Numbered from the stretch's first letter, positions 12,740-26,559 are shown. The stretch: 64,000 nucleotides of DNA from Squalus acanthias (GCA_030390025.1 CM059432.1:35714001-35778000), one strand, 5' to 3'. Made by a program: numbers and translations. The notes: generated by a model from the sequence alone, not told the origin.

Positions 12740-14620
12740 CTATTTGTGTGTTAACTTTCTCTTACTCGTGCTTCTATGTGGTGCTTCCCCTGTGGCTTTA
12801 GCAGATGTAGAAGCAGCTTGCTCACTTCTCTGCTGCGCCTGCTTAGATGCCTTTGGCGGACGTCCTCTGGGTTTGGGAGCCTGGGAGGGCTCCGCAAAAG
12901 TCTGCTCCTCCTGCAGCTGTGCAGGGGCTGAAACAGCCATCTCAGTTGGGTGAGGAATCTGGGGCTCTGACTGAGGACTCCGCAGTGGCATGGGAGTGTG
13001 AGCAATTGGAGAGGAGTCCACACTTCCTTGTTGTCGACCACCAACATCCCTCTCATGGTCACCCGCACTTCACTAATAGCAAGTAGCTGGAGAGCACCTT
13101 GCTGCACTGCACATCAGTGGGGCCATGAGGACCCATTTCTGTGCTGACATTCCTCATAACAAGGAAGTCGATGAACTTCTGGTTTCTCTCCTCAATAGAT
13201 GACCATCTATTTAGAAGTGTTACCATGTTCTGCTGTGTCTGGCGATTTATGTCCTCCATGGAGATTGCCATCCTTTCCGTGGCGGCACCTACATTCGCCA
13301 TTGCGTGCACCACGGCATTGCTCATGTTTGACATGGAATCCTCCATTCTCTGCACACTTGCAAACCCTGTCGGAGCCTTCTGCACTTGTTCCTGAAGCTC
13401 CAGCACTGCTCTCTTTCTGGTTAGCCCCAGAGGCACAGCGTTCACATGCAGCTGAGCAGAGCTAGAAGCGTTCAGCACCAACCGACGAGGACGCTCCTCT
13501 GCTGTTCCTGTCTCCACCATCTGCTAATGCTCACTTGTGAGCTGTGATACACCAGGTGACAACACTACTCTATATCGCAAACTACCCACCGAGGTGTGCG
13601 TCTCTGCGCTGGTGCTGGGTGCGCTCATTTCCGCTGACGCTGCTCCCTCAGAGGCTGCAGCTTCATCTGAGGAGTCGTCTGGCTCTTCCTCCTGAACAGT
13701 GGGGAGGGGGGCTCTCGATGGTCCTGTGGGGAGTAAAGGCATGAGTTAGACATGTGATATTTAGGTAGCAGACACATCCCATTGTGCAGATGATCAGAAC
13801 TCAATCTGTATGAACATCAGATGCCATATCAGTCACTCATGAAATCTAAATGAGAGGGTTGCAAATCTGTTCTGTCACCAGCTTGCTGTACTGCGCCCAT
13901 CTCTCCGTCCCCCACTTCCAGCTCCTCTGCACCTCCGACGATCTCGATAGCAGCCTCCTCAGCGTTAGTTAAATGCGCCATGGAAGGTGGGCCTTCTCCT
14001 GTCCTCCCCCTCTCCCTCTTATTGTGGGCTCTCTTTTCCTGCAATGAGGGAACAAGTGGAGTTTGAGCGAAAATGTTGGAGTGAGTGTAGAGAATCCATA
14101 GCATAGATGCTTAGAGGGAGACAAAGATGGAGTGAGGTGCCAATACCAAGGGCCCTCCCTGTGCATTGTTAGTTGTTGTCATTGCATAACCGTGAGAGCG
14201 AGTGTGAGGGGTGCATAGTAGAATAGTGAAGTGATTCTGTACATAGAGAGAGAGGGATGGTTAAGGGTGCAATGGATGTAAGGGTAAGTTGGGATGTGCA
14301 GGAATAGGTTGACAATGCAGAGTGCTGGTGATGAGAAGAGATGGGAAGCAGATTGAAGGTAAGTGTGATGTTATACTCACTTGCTGAGCGTAGCAGATCA
14401 TTTAACCTTTTCCTGCACTGCACCCAGGTGCGTGCACACAAAGACCTAGCGCTAACATCCTCAGCAATTTGCAGACAGGCTGCCTTTGTGTGCTGAGGAG
14501 GCTTCCTCTCTCCATTGGAGGGGAACAGAACCTCCTTGCGCCCTCTTACTCCCTCCACAAGAGCATGGAGGGATTCATCATCAGAGCGGGGAGAAGCCTT
14601 TGTTCTTGGAGCAGTCATCT
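12740..14620 (-). pseudogene. Harbinger Myb/SANT-like DNA-binding partner gene, spliced and degenerate
   Basis: SANT-like segment LHALVEGV...LQIAEDVSARSLCARTWVQCRKRLNDL; gtgagt donor near 14380; acceptor at 14038 (EKRAHNKRERGRTG); in-frame TAG at 13524-13526; frameshift near 13060-13100. Confidence 0.8.
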
Positions 14621-15189
14621 CGCAAAGAATAGCACTCAGGAGCATCAGAAAGTTACTAAAACCCAAAGGCTGCATGGGCCCCTTAAATGCAGCTGAATCG
14701 AAGATGTCAGCAGAGGCGAGCAGCAGACCCAAACCCACTGATTGGGCCGGGTAACACGCATGGCGGGCTTAATAAGCTCATTAAAATTAAAATCGTTATC
14801 TCGGTGCGGCTGAAACCGGCAGCAGGACCAGAACCCACCAAACAACGAACCCAACGCGAACCCGCCTCCGCTGGGAAAATCCAGCCCAACGTTTCAGGTC
14901 GATGACCCTCCATCAGAACAACGGTCATCGACCTGAAACGTTAACTATGTTTCTCTCTCCACAGATGCTGCCTGACCTGCTTAAACCAACTTCATATGAG
15001 TATTTCCAGCATTTTCTGTTTTTATTTCAGATTTCCAGCATCCGCAGTATATTGCTTTTGTATAGGTGGGTAAATGGAGTTGAGGTACAGATCAGCCATG
15101 ATGTAATTGAATGATGAAACAGGCTTGAGGGGCTGAATTGCCTACTCCTGTTCCTAAGTGCTGTGATACATGATATAGAAACAAGTTGA

Positions 15190-15459
<270 letters not shown>

Positions 15460-16179
15460 TAGGAAAACGTCTCATGGTCCTTTATCGAAGTGTAAAAGTT
15501 AACATCGAGCCAAAGAAAAAATTAGATGGGGTGATTGAAAGCTTGGTCAAAGAAATAGGTTTTAAGGAGGGTTTTAAAGAAGGAGAGGTGGAAACATCTC
15601 AACTTCATATGTGTCAATTTGGATCAGTCGGTCGAACTAAGGCCATGGGTTCAAGACCCACTCCAGAGACTTGAGCACATCATCTAGGCTAACTCGTAGG
15701 TGCAATGGGAGTGCTGCAATGTCAGAGGTACCATTCCATCAGATGAGATATTTGCATGTTGTAGAAAGTTTGAAGAGCGGCAAGTTATTCCAGCCAATGT
15801 TTTTCCAGCCACCAACACCACCGAACCAGAATAACAGGCTGTTTATCTCATTTTCTGTTCATGGGACCTTTCTGTGTACAAATTGGCTGGTATGTTTGGC
15901 TATATAACAATGGTGACTATATCTCAAAAAGTAATGCATTGACTGAAAAGTGCTTTGGGACGTCCAAAGGACATGAAAGGCCCTATATAAATGCAAGCTC
16001 TTCCTTTTGTGCATTGGGTGGTTACAGGGATCTGGATGGTCTAGTTTGTCAAAATGTTGTTCATTTACACCTTTGGGACCTGGGTTTGAATGCAGCTCAG
16101 ATTAATGGAATGGCAGTGTCCCATCTCTGCCCCCTTCCATTTTCCACACCAGCCATGCCTCCCAGCATAGTACACATAC

Positions 16180-17650
16180 TGGTGCTGCTCTCCCCCAAAA
16201 TGTTGTGAATGCTGTGTCAATTAAAATTTTCAAGACTTAAATCAATAGATGTTTTTGTTAGGTAATCATATCAAGGGATCTGGAGTAAAAGCAGGTAAAT
16301 CATGAAAGGGAAATCATATTTAACAAACTTGCTGGAGTTCTTTGAGGAGGTAACTAGCAAGGTGGACAAAGGTGAACCAGTGGATGTGGTGTATTTCGAT
16401 TTCCAGAAGGCATTCGATAAGGTGCCACATAAAAGGTTACTGCATAAGATAAGAGCTCACGGAATTGGGGATAATATATTAGCATGGATAGAGAATTGGC
16501 TAACTAACAGAAAGCAGAGAGTCGGGATAAATGGGTCATTTTCCGGTTGGCAAACGGTAACTAGTGGGGTGCCACAGGGATCGGTGCTGGGGCCTCAACT
16601 ATTTACAACCTATATTAATGACTTGGATGAAGGGATCGAGTGTAATGTAGCCAAGTTTGCGGATGATACAAAGATGGGTGGGAAAGCAAGTTGTGCAGAG
16701 GACTCAAAGAACCTGCAAAGGGATATAAACAGGCTAAGTGAGTGGGCAAACATTTGGCAGATGGAGTATAATGTGGGAAAGTGCGAGGTTATACACTTTG
16801 GCAGGAAAAATAAAAAAGCAAATTATTATTTAAATGGAGAGAGATTACAAAATGCTACAGTTCAGAGGGACCTGGGGTCCTTGTGCATGAAACACAAAAA
16901 GTTAGCATGCAGGTACAGCAAGTAATCAAAAAGGCAAATGGAATGTTGGCCTTTATTTCAAAGGGGTTGGAGTATAAAAGCAGGGAAGTCCTGCTACAAC
17001 TGTATAGGGTATTGGTGAGACCACACCTTGAGTACTGCGTACAGTTTTGGTCTCCTTATTTAAGGAAAGATATACTTGAATTGGAGGCAGTTCAGAGACG
17101 ATTCACTAGGTTAATTCCAGAGAGGAGGGGGTTGACTTATGAGGAAAGGTTGAGCAGATCATTGGAATTTAGAAGAATGAGAGGTGATCTTATTGAAACA
17201 TATAAGATACTGAGGGGGCACGACAAGGTAGATGCAGAGAAGATAATTCCCCTCGTGGGGAAATCTAGAATGTGGGGGCACAGTTTTAGAATAAAGGGTC
17301 ACCCTTTTAGAACTGAGAGGAGGAATTTCTTCTCTCAGAGGGTCGCAAATCTGTGGAATTCTCGGCCCCAGATAGCTGTGGAGGCTGGGTCATTAAATAC
17401 ATTTAAGGTGGAGATAGACAAATTTTTGCAAGATAAGGGAGTGAAGGGTTATGGGGAGCGGGCGGGGAAGTGGCTTTGAGCCCAAGATCAGCCATGATCT
17501 TATTGAATGGCGGAGCAGGCTCGAGGGGCCAAGTGGCCGATTCCTGCTCCTATTTCTTATGTTCTTAAATGGAATTGAGGTACAGATTAGCCAGGATCTA
17601 ATTAAATGGTGGAACAGGCACAAGGGACTGAATGGCCTATTTCTATTCTT
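16180..17650 (+). mobile_element. 5'-truncated CR1 (16300-17565) inserted in an older CR1 3' end
   Basis: RT ORFs 16302-16925 and 16883-17479 separated by one frameshift; CR1 3' UTR and tail. Confidence 0.9.
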
Positions 17651-17669
17651 AAGTTCCAGTTAGTGTTTA

Positions 17670-17985
17670 ACATAGAAACATAGAAACATAGAATCTAGGA
17701 GCAGGAGTAGGCCATTCGGCCCGTCGAGCCTGCTCCGCCATTCAATACGATCATGGCTGATCATCCAAATCCAGTACCCTGTCCCTGCTTTAATCCCCAC
17801 AGTACACATATCCCACCCTACCCCCGTAACCCCACGTATTTAATTCCCCCTAACATATCCCATCCTATCCCCATAACCCCACATATTTAATCCCCCCTAA
17901 CACTAAGGGTCAATTTATCATAGCCAAATCAACCTGACCCGCACATTTTTGGACTGTGGGAGGAAACCGGAGCACCCGGAGGAAA
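17670..17985 (-). mobile_element. CR1 3' tail plus HE1-like V-SINE fragment
   Basis: (catagaaa)n tail; V-domain-like ggactgtgggaggaaaccggagcacccggaggaaa. Confidence 0.65.
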
Positions 17986-18572
17986 TTGGTTTCATGATAT
18001 GGATTCAAACCCATTCGGATCTAGATTGAGGTTTTTCTCTTCTAGATGGGGTTAAGATGATGATTTCTCAATCTGAGGTTGTATTCAAGTTCAGGGCCAG
18101 TGTTAAAAGGACAGTGTCCCAATCAACTACGTTACCCCGCTCTCCACAAGCCCTTTGAAAAAAGCTCCCAAATACACCTAATGGAAGTTTAGTACCTTCT
18201 AGGGATGAGAAAGCCCAGGTTTAAACCTTGGTCTTTGCTGAGTTAGGTGCTCTCTGCCAAGGCAGTAGTGCTCTTTCAGTGACCTTAACACCATGATTTA
18301 AAGAGAGGAAAAATTCAGCCAGGGCTCCTGCTAATCCACTGACCCTGCTGAAAAGTGAAGATCACATTTGGCAATGATACAATCAGGCTTGGCTACCGTG
18401 CCCTCCACGGTCCAACAACCTGACGGCGCTCAACATCTAGGGTCACACATGTGGGCAAGTTACTGGAAGGGTGTTATGTTCACGGACTCACAGCTCAACA
18501 ACAGTCAGCTCCTTCAGGAGAGGAGGGAAGAAGAGGGGATATAGACGGTCGGTAGCAGCACCTTTATTTTAA

Positions 18573-18698
<126 letters not shown>

Positions 18699-20418
18699 AA
18701 CTCGCCCATGACGGGCCGCATTCCACTGAGAATCCACCCACTGTTACAATCTGCAAAAAAAAATCTTTTCTATTTATTTAAAAAGAAAAAAAATGAAAAC
18801 TCAGCAAAGCTGGCAGCACGAAAAAGCGGAATGCTGTGCTTCTTCATCCACGTGTGATGAGCTGCTTTCACCAACCAAAGCGCCTGCTCAGATCCAAAGG
18901 ATTTAAAGGGTTGAATGTTTACAAGGAAAGTGGAAAAAGGATCAGATGCCTTAATAATGCGAGAATCTTTCAAATCTTTGTGTAGAGAATTGTCGATCTT
19001 TGACAACAATCTAGTGCGAACTACTGAATCATGTAGAATGATGTGGTTGTTATGAGGGTGTGAAGAGGTTACTAACTGAGTTGGAAGGGATTTTTTGTGG
19101 TGGCAGGACACTTTTTTAACAATTGGTCTGAATCTTCGTCTTTTCTACTTTTTTGTCACGGTTACACATTGGGAAAATTATAACACTGTAACAGCTGGTA
19201 AAGAAGTCACCTACTAACAGCTGGTGTATATGTCATCCATTTTCCTACTTTAAATCTCCCATATGTGCAGATTTACTGTATCTGTTGATGCTGAGTAGAA
19301 TGTGACTTATTGTTAGATCAAGGACTCTGAAACCAGGAGCCCACTCGGGCCTCCCTCTCCAATTTATACAACTGAGTATTGGATTGAAAGGTTTTGCTGC
19401 AGAGGGAGCCAGTGCAATGATAATGCTGTTCTTGCCCCTTGCTGCAGCTAACTCTTTTAGTCAATATAAGGGCTGGTGCCACGCTTCCAGCAGGGAGCAC
19501 CACTCCTAGCGAGCATATGACAGGAAGCTGTGGGCTGTGATTTTCCCTCAGTTTATTTTGAAATCGCGCTATTCGCCCGTGATCTACAATTGTGCACCGT
19601 TCACTCCTGGAAGTGTCGAAATTATCTCCATTATCCTCTGTCAATTTATTTTTCACAAAGCACGATATCCAGAGATGGATCAACATTACTGCAACAGTGC
19701 CTTCCCCAATCTTGTCATCTGGGAGGCAATTCTTCTCTCCCATCTGGTCTCCAACTTCTCTCTGTTGCAACTTTTCCTGTATCTTTCCCTATTTTAAAGA
19801 TGACGGCTCCTTTCCTTTGACCCTTCAAAGCTCTAAACGCACACTCTTCTCCCTTACATTCTTAACATGTTTAAATCGAGGCTTAAGTCACTGACTCCTA
19901 CTCTTAACCCAATTTTTTTCCTCCAAGACTGCAGAACTGTGAAAGTCCTGACTTGCCATTCCTACCGCAATCTACATACTTTTAAAACGAAAGCTTGCAA
20001 TCACCTAATTACTATTTCTTGATTTACTTATCTTCCCTTCCACTATTCTCAATCAATAAAGCAGTACAAGCCTTCGGCCTTCATTTTCACTTCTCAACAA
20101 TAGAGAATTAAGTTGACTCCTTGAACCCAACAAAATTTGGATACGGCTGCCTGACTGGTTTCAGAATCTCGATTGAATGTTGGGGGATGATGCCAATCAC
20201 CCGAGACTAAATACGCATCTGCAATTGGGGTGTGACAGTTTGTCTTAGTCCTCTTAAGCGGTAGGGGAAGAGGGGGCAGAGTCAGCCAGGGTTCCCTCTC
20301 TTGATCACTATACAATCACTTTAGGGTGGGATTGAGCTTGTCTGTCAGGGCCTTGTGGTTAAACAACATCCTGACACTTACTGTCTGGGCTCAGATGTAA
20401 CGAATGGGCATTTGGGTG

Positions 20419-21518
20419 AAATTACAGTGTCATGAGCCCCTGGCATGAATCCGCATCTTCAGGAAAGAAATGGAAAGGTAAAAGAAACTAGATGTTGGAA
20501 GATCAGAGGATGAATGATAACTACTTCATTTGGTTATAGGCCATTTTAATATATTTTACTTTTGCACATTGGCTTGGTTGTAAACTTGGAATGTTGCTGA
20601 AATAGAAGTGGGGAATCGTTTATCAGTCATCGATCTAGATGAGGTTCTCTTCATTTCTCACAGGATTGAGCTGTTAATATGGCGCATTTTCATTCCCTGC
20701 CCCCCACCTCGTCTCTCTCTCGTGGTTCAACAAACCTTATCTTCTTAATAATGGAGTGCTCAACTGCAGTTCCTGATTATTCGTTTGTGGCTGGGGGGAT
20801 ACCCAATTGGGAAACTCCCTGGTTTCTTCATGTCAGTTTCCTTTAGCAAAACTTCTCTTTAAAATTCATCGAAAATGTTTCATTTGTTTTTATTCAATGG
20901 ACGTTTAGGGCCTGTTATGCCATTGGTTTTAAAGTGCATTTTAAGATAATGGATCTTTTTAAAAATAATTTTGATAGAAAGACCCCAACCACTTCAATTT
21001 CGAACAATCAGATTTGTGGGGAAATGGTTATAGGTCCGCACACTATTCAGTTCCAAGGCTTCTTCAGCTGCAACTCCTAAACCTGGGATCTTCCACACCT
21101 AGAAGAACAAGGGTAGCATGTGCATGGGAACATCATCACCTCCCAAGTTCCCCTCCAAATCACATACCATTCTGACTTGTATATATATTACCATTCCTTC
21201 ATCGCCACTGCATTTAAATCCTGGAACTCCCTACCTAACACCATTGTGGAGCACTTTAACCACATGGACTGCATCGGTTCAAGAAGGAGGCCCACCAACA
21301 CCTTCTCAGGGCAACTAGGGCTTGGCAATAAATGCCAGCCTTGCCAAAGACAAGTTTACAACCAAGTCAATGTGCAAAAGTAAAATATATTAAAATGGCC
21401 TATAACCAAATGAAGTGGTTATTATTCATTCTCTGATCTTCCAACATCTAGTTTCTTTTACCTTTCCATTTCCTTCCTGAAGATGCGGATTCATGCCAGG
21501 GGCTCGACTCTGTAATTT
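20419..21518. repeat. Inverted duplication, ~170-bp arms (20419-20588 and 21351-21518)
   Basis: Arms are reverse complements with about 6 substitutions and one 2-bp indel by eye; spacer ~760 bp. Confidence 0.92.
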
Positions 21519-21714
21519 TTTTTAAACAGGTTGCATATACGACATGTGGCCTTGGGAGGGGCTTGTGGCCTTGGCCCAGCAAGGAGCAACAGCAGGCAGG
21601 GTACTGTGATTTGACGTGGGGGATACATGTGCATTGAATAACAGACTAGTCTCGCTGTTTGATCAAAGACTTAACTGTGAATATATCATGTAAAGGTTAT
21701 TCCAGTGAGGCTCC

Positions 21715-22040
21715 CCTTTTGAGGCCTCAAGTGCGCAACGTGAGTCTGAGCCGCACAGACCAGGAAGGTCACAGTTTCAATCCTTGATCCGGGCCAAGTA
21801 GGCGGATCTCAGTTTGGGCAGTGGTGAAGGCACCAAAATTGGCCTCAACAACCTTGGGCTAAGGGGGGGTAGTGGGTAAATCAGGGAGGATTCCTCCTCC
21901 TCTATCCAGTGACTCCAATTGGAATCACGCATGTGTGAACATTGATGGGGATGAATTGGGCTTGGCTTCTATGATCATCAGATGAGATATTGGAGGACTG
22001 CAGACACCTCCGTGTGAGTCGCTGCTTCTGGTTAGGAGAA
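21715..22040 (+). repeat. Old tRNA-derived SINE, AmnSINE2-like (many degenerate copies)
   Basis: Motifs ctgagcc..acagaccaggaaggtc...gttc, aattggcctca and tatccagtgac recur at ~1950-2330, 9665-9790, 18200-18540, 20130-20480, 23590-23920, 27040-27405 and 36780-36978/39586-39680; family name is from memory only. Confidence 0.5.
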
Positions 22041-24264
22041 AAGCCCTGCCTGGATTTTTAGGTATAAAATTTCCACATTAGTGAATTACCAACAGCACTA
22101 GCTCCAAGTCTTGTGGTCTTGAAATTAAGCCTGCACTCATTACAGGTGGCTGCTAGGGCCGCTTAATAAAAGGCCCTGACCAATTTAGCAGAGGCCTGAA
22201 CTCCCGTAGAGATCAGCCGCGGGCCACTGCCCTACTAAATTGGTTATCGCCATGCCCGTTGGACCCATAAAACAGGCGCAACAATATTACATTTGGACCC
22301 CAGTGTCACAAATACACGTGGTGTGAGGTTATTATTGGGCCAAACAGTTCAAGAGAGATGAACTAATATCAGTAGAATACAGCCAAATATCCGTGGGCTG
22401 TTCATCCCAACAAAGTTCACGGGATCAGGGAGATCCTTTATTTACGTGCCCCCCACCCCCCCAGATGAATGTCTGCACCACTCAGTTTCCAGTGCATCCA
22501 CCTGTCCGAGGGAACCGAAAATCCCAAGCGCAGTCGGCTTTTGAGAGGGCGCCTCAAAGAAAGTTTCAGCTCTTTCCCCGCCCCTTTGTAAAGAGGCCAA
22601 AATAATTGCTAAAATGTAAAAAATATTTGGAGATGTGGTTATAAACTGTGTCCCAGGCCTGAAACCACCATTCTCAAGTATGGTACACTACCATCCTCTG
22701 GGCATCGGCTGCCAATCCCCAGCCCTCTGTTTCCCAGGTGAGGGATGTGGGAATTCCTGGCATTGGGAAGCCCTGTTCTAGTTCCTCTCCCTTTGTGTAG
22801 AGGCTCCACCACCAACTAAGGCCGCAGGCCCTGGCGTCTCCTGGTCCTGACCTAATTTGTGGCCCTTCCTCCACACTCCTGGCAGAGTTTTAATGGGAAT
22901 GCACCCAATAGGCCTGTGGATTTTTGGACCTACAGTTGGGAAAGCAGTGTGCTGGCTGGGAGCAGTCACTGGGCCCAACAATTCAAATTTGAGTGCACTT
23001 TTGGGCTCAGTCACTTCTCCCAGCCAAGACCCTACCTATTCTGACTGTCGTTCCAATAATGTTAATCCAGCTCTTTATCAACACCAGGCTCAGTAAAAGC
23101 TGAGCTAGGGAGAGGGGAACAGTTAGCCAGTTTCTCGCACCTGATCATTATCCAGTCATTACTGCCAGAATGTGCACGTATGTGGTTGTTATCTTAAAAT
23201 AAGGGAAAATCAATTTCAAACTTACTGCTGGCAGGATGAAAACTTTTTTTTTGTATAAACCTTTAATGTATATGTGGATTGAACTGCTTAGGCTTGTCGG
23301 AGACATGAGAGAAAAATAACATGATTGTCGGAAAAGGCTAGAAATTTAACGGAAGATTTGTCACTATCTATTTGAGCACTGTGATTTGTACAAAAAAAGT
23401 TGATTCTATGTGGATCTGTGATTTGTGTAGCAGATTTTTTTTTGGAGGAGTTTTGACAACCGAGAGTAGTTAAGCTTTCAACCTTGGTGTCCTGCACTAT
23501 GGGCCTTAGCCCTTCATCTAGGCTCCTCAGCAATAAAAGTAGCGATGGTTGATTCAGAGAGTAAGACCCTTATAGACTTTGTGCTCAATCTCCTCCAATG
23601 TCTGAGCCATAGAGAACCCAGGTTTTGACCCTCATCGGCAATGGGTTTGTTCATCTTAGCTGAGGTTAGCAGTTGGGGAAGCCACCACTATTGGACTCAG
23701 TGCTCCTGGATTGGGAGTAGGGAGGGGAATCAGCCATGGTTACTACTCCTGATCACTAATAACTGACCATTGCTGCAAAGCGTCCTTGCGTATGTGAGCA
23801 CTGGGCTCTGATGTCCCTCAGAGGACTTGGTATCTAGTCTTGGACAGTCAAGGTACTCATAGGGCTGACATCAGTCATGGGACTATATACCAGTGAGAGG
23901 CAGGAGAACAGGATGGGGTGGGTGGGGGTGTGTAGAATTTGGTACAAAGATTGTTGGTTTCAAGATCGGGGGCGGGAGGGTCTTTTATCTGAACAGCTGT
24001 GAACATCAAGGCATGCAGCTGTAGGTAATTTTTCTGTCAGCATTTTGTTTTGAAATGAGGTAAAGTCAAAAAGCGAATACAGACACTGCTTGGATTAGAA
24101 GTTTAACTTTTTTTAAAAAAAGAACGCCTGCCTTTGTGTTTATTCCACTGCCCAATCGCAGAGTAGATGTTTTGATGAGTACATTCCCATAGACATTGAG
24201 CAATTTTTTGAATCTCAGTGAATCTATGTACAGGTGAAAATTGTTTCTTTACTTTCTATTTGTC

Positions 24265-24293
24265 TGTGTGTGTGTGTGTGTGTGTGCGTGTGT
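24265..24293. repeat. (TG)n microsatellite
   Basis: Run of tg dinucleotides. Confidence 0.9.
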
Positions 24294-25597
24294 ATATATG
24301 CGGATTATATTAAAAAGGGAAAAATGCCTTAAATGTAAAAAAAATCAGTGGCCTTTTATTGACCTGTGTTTGTTCTCTTACTGCTTGTGGTGTATGTGAC
24401 TTGAACTTTTGCTTTGAAAAACACTGAAAATGGAAAACCTAAAAAATGCCTCTGTTTCGATTGTCTCTGTACACATTAAGGAGTTACCTTGCTGAGTTTT
24501 AAGGTCACACACTTTTTATGAGAAGATTTCTACAGTTGCCAAATCTCACTTTCATTTTCTTCCTCCGATTTCTCATTTTCTGGATTTCTGTTCCTCTTTA
24601 ATTCTTGTTTATTATTATTACTATTCCAGTTCCTCCTGTCTCGTTTCCTTCTAGTCTATTATTAAAGCATAGGCAGAATAAGAATGCTACAATTTTCTTT
24701 TAAGCACAGTCAGGTCTGAGAAAGTACAGTCTGGCTCTGCACTTCTGCATAAAGCACTACCTGGTCAGGCATATTGGGTATGGTAGTACACTAGTTATGT
24801 AACTGAACTGACAATCGAGCAAAGCGTCTGTTAAAATCCAATCGTGGAAATTTGAGAATTTGAATTCAGTTTTTAATAAAACAATCTGGAAATTAAAAGC
24901 TGGTATCAGTAAAAGTGTCCATGAAGCTATCAGATTGTCATAAAAACACACTGGTTCACTTGTGTCCTTCAGAGAAGGAAATTTTGATGCATGATCAAAC
25001 CCAATCTACTCCTGTGCACAGACATGCCCTGCCCCATATTGTTTTTTTTTATTCGTTCATGGGATGTGGGCGTCGCTGGCAAGGCCAGAATTTATTGCCC
25101 ATCCCTAATTGCCCTTGAGAAGGTGGTGGTGAGCCGCCTTCTTGAACCGCTGTAGTCCGTGTGGTGAAGGTACTCCCACAGTGCTGTTAGGGAGAGAGTT
25201 CCAGGATTTTGACCCAGCAACGATGAAGGAACGGCGATATACTTCCAAGTCAGGATGGTGTGTGGCTTGGAGGGCATTGTATTGGGCAAAATAAGGCAAC
25301 CTGTGCCCACAGAACCATATCACAACTTACATAGCGCCTTTAACATTGAAAAACATCTCTAGACACTTCATAAAGATGTAAGGAAAAAACATATGGAGGC
25401 CGAATCAAGGAAGGAGATATCAGGCGGGGTGATCAAAATCTCAACAGTAATAGGCAAAAAAAAACTTATCTCTGCCCATGGGTGTGTCGGTAGTTCTCTA
25501 CTTATATTTACTTCTCTTTCCCTGTGAGACATTCCCTGGAGGAGTGGTGCGATGAAGTGCTGTTAGCTTTGGGTCTGAAATGCAAAGGAACAGTGTC

Positions 25598-26020
25598 AAC
25601 GGTAGCATAGTGGTTATGTTACTGGACTAGCAATCCAGAGGCTCTGGCTTGATGATCCAGAGATGTGAGTTCACGGCAGCTAGGGTGGTTTAAATTCAGT
25701 TAAATAAATCTGGAATAAAAAGCTAGTATCAGTAATGGTGACCATGAAACTACTGGACTGTTGTAAAAACCCATCTGGTTCACTAATTCCCTTTAGGGAA
25801 GGAAATCTGCTGTCCTTACCTGGTCTGGCCTATATGTGACTCCAGCAATGTGGTTGACTCTTACTGCTCTCTGAAATGGCCCAGCGAGCCACTCAGTTAT
25901 CCCAAACTGCTACTGTAGCGGTTCAAGAAGGTGGCTCACCACCACCTTCTTGAGGGCAATTAGGGATGGGTGATAAATGCTGGCCTTGCCAGCGATGCCC
26001 ACATCCCGTGAACAACATTT
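25598..26020 (+). repeat. tRNA-derived SINE with a LINE-derived tail
   Basis: Head ggtagcatagtggttatgttactggactag; tail gggcaattagggatggg...gatgcccacatccc shared with LINE 3' fragments at 21050-21350, 25050-25275 and 50330-50612; other copies at 2522-2835(-), 24775-24985(+), 51470-52000(-). Confidence 0.7.
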
Positions 26021-26559
26021 TTTTTAAAAAACGAGGTCAAGTGTGGCGGTCATTCAAACTGGCCCAGATCAAAAGAACTTGCGCCTTTCACAACCTCAGG
26101 CTGTCCCAAAGTGCTTTTAAGTACTTTTGAAGTTTAGTCATTAATGTAATTGTACAGAAGCCAATTTGTGCATAGCAAGGTTCCACAAACAACAATGAGA
26201 TAAATGACCTGTTTTAGTGAAGATGGTTGAGGGATAAATGTTGGGCAGGACATTCTTCGAATAGTGCTGTGTGATCTTTAAAATCCAATTGAGAGGGCAG
26301 ACAGAACCTCAATTTAACGTCTCATCCAAAAGACTGTCAGACCATGGGACCTAGGCAGCTGAAGGCACGGCCACCAATGATGGGGCGAAGGGGGCTGCTC
26401 TGATGATATACAGTAAGCTATTTTCCCCAGTCCTCAACTGCCCCATGTTTATGTGTGCCCAGTTCTTCCCCCATTTTTAATTTCAAAATGGCCAATACTG
26501 CCCCCTTCCCTACCTTTTAACTAGTCGCCAAAGACTGACAGATTGGCAGCGCGTGGGGA

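Larger units (their letters stand above)
10681..14887 (+). mobile_element. PIF/Harbinger DNA transposon, full length (4.2 kb)
   Basis: Imperfect TIRs ggccgcgattttgccggcg / cgctgggaaaatccagccc; 3-bp TSD AAC (10678-10680, 14888-14890); convergent transposase and Myb/SANT genes. Confidence 0.92.
10611..15063. mobile_element. Penelope-pLTR-like hammerhead repeat (inverted pair), split by the Harbinger
   Basis: 10611-10680 plus 14888-14920 form one orientation and 14923-15060 the opposite; flanked by a 15-bp direct repeat aggtgggtaaatgga (10596-10610, 15064-15078). Confidence 0.7.

Noticed and set aside
22390..23060. Apparently unique sequence with several small ORFs between NBEAL2 and KIF9 (possible NRADD or SETD2 remnant)
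   Set aside because: No recognisable protein motif or coherent splice-site pair
25598..25680. tRNA-like sequence
   Set aside because: SINE head without a complete cloverleaf, not a tRNA gene
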